From: Octopus bimaculoides
Taxonomy: Eukaryota
DNA: 56,055 nt
Reading direction: 5' to 3'
NCBI RefSeq assembly: GCF_001194135.2
Contig: NC_068997.1
Coordinates: forward strand, 33,115,796 to 33,171,850
The notes beneath the pieces are model-generated. The model did no database searches. It was given only the letters and a program-made list of their open reading frames with translations, and was not told where the DNA came from. Positions within the stretch are counted from its first letter, which is position 1. Every line of letters starts with the position of its first letter. Both the position numbers and the translations under genes were made by a program. Below, piece by piece: positions 49,134 to 56,055 of the stretch.

Positions 49134-50755
49134 TATGTATGTATGACGATTGCTTCATTATGACAGAACATAACCGACTCATCAACACTCACACCACACC
49201 CGCATCACACAGCACAATCCCACCGTTGATGAGCCCATAGTTGACTTTTAAGACCAGCCGCTTGACAGGGTTTGAAACACAAGTGAGAGATATTATTCAC
49301 GTTTCTTCTATATCTTTGCCCTTTGGAATCTGATTCTGAAGGAATGTTTTTGTGAACTAGCATACGTCTTTTAAGTCCAGATATTTTCTTACAATTTTTG
49401 GGACATATGACACAAGTCATGAGAGGTGGTTGGGGTGCAAGTTTATTACCTACCTGGGTGTTTCGATTTTCATATGACTTTACATGATTCACGTATCCTA
49501 CTTTTGAAAACAGAACACGATTACACATAATACATATCCAATATTCACTGTTGATTTCAGTTGCAATTGTTCCTTTGCGACAGGCCCTTTAAACTCAGAG
49601 TGTTGAATCATCTTTTCCTCCCAAGCGTTACAACCAGTCTTAACAACACCTTTCCACTTGTTCCGATCCAGAACATCAGTTTCCCAATCACTTTTGTTCA
49701 TATCTAGTTTCTTCAGGTTTTCCATCACAGTCTTTATACCTTTTCCGCGGCTTATGCAGCTTATGCTGTGGTCACTTACCAGAGTTGAGCTCACCATAAA
49801 AAAGGACGCTTTGGCAATCGCTCATCTTTCATTCTAATAACATGTCCGGCCCAACTCATTTGAGACAAGATAACATGTTAAATTGAACTACAACGTACCA
49901 TGTGCAGAACTTCTGTATCTGGTATAAAGCATTCCCACTTGACTCCCAAGATACGTCTGAGGCACTTTTGATGAAATCTCTCTGGCATTTTCATATGACA
50001 CCTGTAAGTGGTCCACGTCTCACTCGAATAAAGAAGTGCAGTCAATACACAGGTTTTATAGACACTGATCTTTGTCTGCAGGGAAATACTTCTATCTGCC
50101 CATACTCGCTTTTCGAGTTTTCCAAATGCAACACTTCCCTTCCCCATTCGATAGTATATCTTTGTATCAGGAACACCATCTCTTGACAGTGTGCTTCCAA
50201 GGTAAACAAAGGTGTCAATGACTTCTAATATTGTTCCATTCACAAAAATGTTTAGTTCAGAATATGTTTGTCCTGGCGCAGCAGTAAACATTACTTTGGT
50301 TTTCCCAAGACTAATTGTGAGTCCGAAATATACACATGCAGGGGAAAATCTGTCCATTATATGTTGCATATCCCCCTCTGAGTGTGCCAACAAATCAGCA
50401 TCATCAGCGTGAAGTAATTTTCTTATAAGTGTTTTGAAAGTCTTTACTTTGCAGTTAAACCGGGTCAAATTAAAAATGCGACCAGATGTCCAAAATCTGA
50501 TTCCGCTTCCCCTCGTGCAGGGCAGGAATATCTCTCTGTTCGACAGTGTTGTCCACTAAAAATTCATGAGATAGCTCACCATTGAAGACTACCTCAGCTT
50601 TTATATTTCTGTGTAATTCCTTAAAGATGCTCACAAAATTTGTTGGACAACCAAGTTTACACAAAACAATTCACAGTGCCTCCTTGTTTACCGTGTTAAG
50701 TGCCTTAGTATTTGTCTCTAATCCTTTCAGACGCGTCCACCAGATGCATTCTTTG
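49134..50755 (-). mobile_element. RTE-clade LINE (RT C-terminal half plus C-terminal C2H2 array), running into gap
   Basis: LGCPTNFVSIFKELH, LLHADDADLLAHSE, FGLTISLGKTKVM, FVYLGSTLS, KISVYKTCVLTALLYSSETW, LRRILGVKW, DRNKWKGVV, then three Cys/His fingers and a (CATA)n tail. Confidence 0.92.
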
Positions 50756-50855
50756 NNNNNNNNNNNNNNNNNNNNNNNNNNNNNNNNNNNNNNNNNNNNN
50801 NNNNNNNNNNNNNNNNNNNNNNNNNNNNNNNNNNNNNNNNNNNNNNNNNNNNNNN

Positions 50856-50896
<41 letters not shown>

Positions 50897-52540
50897 CAGC
50901 TACGCTCCTAGAGATAGGCCTAAGGAAAGAAGCAGCATCTATAAGTGGTCTAACATAAAGTATCTTAGGCGTCGTTCCTTCCATCTTTAACTTATCAGGC
51001 AGTGTGTCTGAACACAAGGCAAATGAGTGCAAGAGAATTGATTAAGAAGAAACGAAATATAAGAAACGACGCTAACAGATTGCTAGGTGAATGCCGAAGT
51101 AATTAATACACTCTCAGCTGAAGTGCATGTTCAACACCTACATAAAAAAAGCACACATCTATATGTATGGAAGTGCAGAAATAACGTGCAATTTAGTAAG
51201 AGTGTGTGAAGAACGTGAATTATTGTATGCCTTGTGTAGGGGATACTTCGTAACTATTACATATATTTCCCCCCTGTTTATTTCTAGTATTCTGTTGCTT
51301 CGGTTATTTTTATTCATGTCTTTTTTTTTTCTTGTGGTAAACGAGGTTACAGTATTTTTCTGAGAAATGCTGTTGCACAAAATATTCGTGAAGCGTAGAT
51401 ATGCGTATAAGGTTGCCACTCATAGACAGGCATAAATGCGGTATGTGTGTATGTATATACACACACATGAACTAATTTAAGCATATATGTATATGTTTGA
51501 GTGTAAATAAATATATATACACACTCACACACACACACACACATACTTAATACATATATACATATACGAACGCAAAAACATGTTCATGCATGTTTTCACA
51601 TGTGTTTATACGCAATTTGTGTGCATTGTGTGAGATAGATATTCACAAACACAGGCGCGTGCTCTGAAATATTGCGAGATTAGATAACTGACAAAAATAT
51701 CCAGTGGTGTCCCAGAATCGAAGACAGCATTGCAAGATCTAATCTCATATGGCACTATGTTATAATAAAATGTAATGTAATTCTTGAAGATATTCCAAAT
51801 TCTCTTTCCTTACTACAACAATGATAACAACAGCAAAGAGCTAGTCTCATGAGACCTGCTAGAAATAGCTGCTAAGTTTCACTTAAATCACACCCTGCCA
51901 CAATATGAAAAGATACATTGGATAAGGATGTTCTAAAGACATTACGTCTGAACAAAAGAAAACTTGCTCGTAGTTTGAACGCTTTTGGCTATAGATCTGC
52001 CTGATCACGACTGACCTGGAGCAAAATAATAAAAAGAACAACTACAGTAACAACAGCAAATAGAAACAAAAAATAGCAACAGCAACTGCAGCGACAGTAG
52101 CAACGAGTACAACAACAAAATCTGCCTCAAGAAGTTCAACAGCAATAGCAGAACCAGCGGCATCGATATCAGCAACACGTCATGTAATTAAACCAATGAA
52201 AGAATCTTTATAAGGTTTCTGATCTGCTACATATAGCAGTCAAGTTTCGCTTCAACTTCGCCCTTATATCTCAAAATAGCAAGGTGACAAAGTAGTTCTC
52301 TAAATATAAAAAGACAAGACAATCATGATTAACGCGAGGGCTGGCTGAACAACAATGTAATCCTCGATACTCTATGTTTTTAAAATGATGGAATGGTTGG
52401 GATTCGAGCGATTTTTGATCATTTATATCAGCTATTAATTTCTTTGTTCAGATGGTTTTGTAAGCAACAATACCTACAAGCACACCCCAATGACAATTAT
52501 ATATAAATACAATACATAAATGCGACTATACAAACATATA

Positions 52541-52719
52541 TGGTGGTTGCAAACTCATGTTCGACTATTGCCATCGCCTGATCGAAAGTCTCGCACACTA
52601 CGACTAACCATTTTTGTGATAGGTTCTACATTTTTTCAAGTGATACCTGTGCATGATAATTTTTTATTGAGGAGAAAGGATTTACACAAATCCAATCCCA
52701 CTCTCTGAACCTGGACAAC
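52541..52719. repeat. Unclassified ~190-bp dispersed repeat, copy 2
   Basis: Reverse-complement match to 40683-40870. Confidence 0.75.
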
Positions 52720-52738
52720 ATAAACTCGAAAACAAGAA

Positions 52739-52776
<38 letters not shown>

Positions 52777-53089
52777 TCCTTTTCCGTTAACGTAAGATCA
52801 ATAAAAAAGTACTCCATCCAGTGAGAGATAAATATCATTTAAGGTACACAGCATACATTTACGAGCAAATAATATTTTTCATATTTTCTAGGCAAATTTT
52901 AATAACACGCCTTGTCTCCAAGCAATCCCTCGGCTCTGAGGCCCTACACAATTTACAAATCAAGACGCTAGAAGAAGAGCAATCACGAGAAGAAGAAAAC
53001 AAGGAGATGGATGCAAAAAGTGGAGGGGTGAAAAAGACGGAATAAGAGAAGGAAGAGAAATTAGATCTAGAAAGGGTATGCGATGTTTC

Positions 53090-53670
53090 AGCTACTCATA
53101 AATTGTATTTCTTAGATCCACTTCAACGGCTCAGATCTCATCAAGAGTCCAATCAAACAGCCCAAATGTTGGTATGCATATTGGCACCGCAAACTCATTG
53201 TGGACCACTGTTTTATTGAACGAAGAGAGTTCTCAGATCCAAATTTTTTTTATTCGACTGTAATATTCTTTAGTGATACGTATTTTGTTACAGGTGCCAT
53301 TGTGAGATATGTTTTCATCCGCCCTAGAAAGCTATAACATTTCTTGTCAGATATAGGGAAAACAGTCAAATCATTGATGGACATGTTGCAGGTCTGGTTT
53401 ATAGTTTTTCCCTTGTTCACAACATTTATCCTGACCAAATCCTACATCCTTAGAGAATGTTGTGACTAGGTCGAGGCTCTTTTTTATCGCATGCATATTC
53501 CCTCATAAAATTTCATCCACAAAGGAACAGTGTGTAATTTTGGTATTTCTGTTTCCTTATGAACCAATGAGATATCCTTCAGACTTCCTTGACATGAATG
53601 ACAAGGGGTTTACAGAAAGTATAAACAACATCACAGAGAGGTTGTCCTCTTGGAATATGCCTTTGCGATA
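53090..53670 (-). mobile_element. R4/Dong-like RLE retrotransposon RT fragment
   Basis: KGIFQEDNLSVMLFILSVNPLSF..ITHCSFVDE..DLVTTFSKDVG..FGQDKC..RIKKIW.ELSSFNKTVVHNEFAVP..TFGLFDWT. Confidence 0.82.
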
Positions 53671-54526
53671 TCAGTGATAATACAGTCACTCTTTGTGTTT
53701 AATAATATGTATGTATATATGTATGTATCTATTTATTTTTTTATTATTTTATTAGTTTCCATCATTGGACTGCAGTCAAGCTTGGACACCGCCCTCAAGG
53801 GTTTCAATCGATTATGTTCGCTCCAGTACTTATTTCAGCAATATGTAATCATGGAACGGCTTAATTTTACCTTTTCAATGAAAAGTGATCTAATTTGACG
53901 TACTGATTTTCACTAGTATACGCAAACATAGACATTCAGGGATTAACATCAACATTCAGAAAGTGGAATTCCTACTCAATTTTTTATTTGCCAATTACAA
54001 CTAGTTCATCACAAGAAAATGCATATTTCTGTCATTGACTTGAGTATCGTGACAATGAAAAATATGGCACTGCTGAAGACCTCACTTCATTCAGTCTTTA
54101 TCAATAAGGGACATGATTTGGCCCCAATCAAGCGATAACACCACGTTTTCCGATCCTTCGCATTCTCACACAATAAAGGACAAAACCGGAAATGTTAAAT
54201 TATTCTACATTCCCCCCGACTTGCGAGCCTCTAGAACTTCAATTCTTTATAAAATATTAACGTTTCTTTTTTTCAAGTCCTAAGTTTAGTCAACCAGTAT
54301 TTATTAGTCACAGTAAGGATTATCTATTCAACAAAGGAAAATTTCAAAATTTTAGCGGTATGTCATCAAAATACCGAGTCGGTAAGATGTTTGGAACCTT
54401 ACTGAAGATACATGAGGTCGTATCTTCCGCTAGTTGTATGTAGTTGTGTTTGAATATAACACCTTATTATAGATTATTCTACTTGAGTTGTCAGATATAA
54501 GAAATATTTGGCAATATTATCGATCT

Positions 54527-54726
54527 AAAGCGGCAAGCTGGCAGAATCGTTAGCACACCGGACAAAATAAGTATTTTGTCTATCTCTACTTCTGAATACA
54601 AATTACGCCGGGGTCGATTTTCCCGTTTATCCTTACGTGGTCGATAAAATAAGTACCACTTAAGATTTGGGGTCGATGTAATCGGTTTACTCCCTCCGCC
54701 AAAATTGCTGGATTTGCGCCAAATTT
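54527..54726 (+). mobile_element. SINE family A, decayed
   Basis: GGCAAGCTGGCAGAATCGTTAGCACACCGG...GTCGATAAAATAAGTACC...GGGGTCGATGTAATCG. Confidence 0.8.
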
Positions 54727-55999
54727 CGATCTGTCTACTAGTATTGCTTATAGTTATTGGCTTTTAAATCATCCTCTTCATGCTATGAAAGAAAACAGAG
54801 CCAAGCGTCGAGTACCAACGAGAACCGCTTGAAACATGGAAACCCTTGCTTTGTTGTATACCCACCGCCAACATCGATCAAATGTAGGTATGCACTGCAA
54901 ATATAGAAAACAAGCTGATTGCAGTTGTTGAACGGGCATGCCCTTACCATCGTGTCTTTATTATATACTTTATTGTATATCAAAGCCTACTACCCTGTCA
55001 TTATCTAAGACAGTAGGGTTATTTGAGGGAGATTTGGTTTCTATTTATTGCGGGTTAAGCAACTGTGTAGCACTCTTTGTCTCTTGTCTGGAAAATTGAA
55101 TGTCTGTTTAAAATTTTCAGTGATCGTTTAATATATTTCATGCACCAACCATAAATGACAAACTGGGAGATATTATAATCGGAAGCTGACAATACCTTAG
55201 ACATCTGTTTCAATTGTTAACTGATTATCATCTTACTTTTGTTGGACATCATTTGTAGCTCAACTGAGCTCTGTCCTATTAGCGGATCCATGCAAACCAT
55301 ATACTGGATCACCTTTCCAGAAAACCGTTGGCTTGTAGTTATCACCAGGAACACATGCCGTACAATTGCTGTTGATTGTGAAATATGACGTAAGTGCACG
55401 AACTTTTCTTCTACAGGAGCTGGAGGATATGAACATTTTGTTAAGGTCAAAGCTTGCACACATAAATATAACTGTGTGGTGTGTGTGCGTACGTACGTGC
55501 GTGCATGCGTGCATGCGCATGCGCTCCGTGTGCGAGCGTACGCGCGCGTGTGTATGTGCATGTTTGTGTTTGTGTATGTGTTGAACAAAACAGGAGAAAT
55601 AGAACTCGATATATGAGTATATATACTTTATTTTTAATTGGCAGAAAGTCACAAAAGTGAACCACCAGTTGAGAGTTTATCCATCGTACCTATATACATA
55701 TGTGTGTGCCTGTGCGCCTGTGTCCATGTGTGCGTGCAAGTATGTGTATGTGTGTTCATGCATGTGTGTGTGAGCATGTTTGCATTGTGGTAGATACGCA
55801 TAAAAATGTTCGCTACAACCTCATGTTAGCGATGTGTAGAGTTGTAGAAATGTCTGTTTAAGCATAAAGTATACAATGATGACAATTCCGGACAAAAGTC
55901 TTACTGGATCCGTTGCTGGATACTGTGGACCAAGAGACCGAGTGAGCAAAATTGTAATCGGAAATCTAATATCAGTTTATTCCACACTACATTAAAAGA

Positions 56000-56042
<43 letters not shown>

Positions 56043-56055
56043 ATGTTTTATATAT

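Overview
AT-rich, microsatellite-dense eukaryotic DNA with many N gaps. The SINE families and repeat spectrum resemble coleoid cephalopod (Octopus-like) genomes; this is from recall, not a database search. I find no host protein-coding gene I can support, and most listed ORFs are microsatellite or gap artefacts. The window is a mosaic of decayed transposons: Penelope-like retroelements (two Neptune-type RT copies plus GIY-YIG fragments), a head-to-tail stack of R4/Dong-like RLE retrotransposons in (AAT)n, a CR1-type LINE, RTE LINEs, Tc1, mariner and hAT remnants, and many SINEs. Main highlights: (1) a complete type I hammerhead ribozyme fold at 35925-35987 just downstream of a Penelope-like element, plus three decayed hammerhead-like relics, two of them next to PLE GIY-YIG remnants; (2) RTE LINE C-termini carrying tandem C2H2 zinc fingers; (3) two Tc1 copies with DD36E spacing; (4) two mariner copies sharing one internal deletion; (5) several fold-back inverted repeats, including a 321-bp hairpin element.
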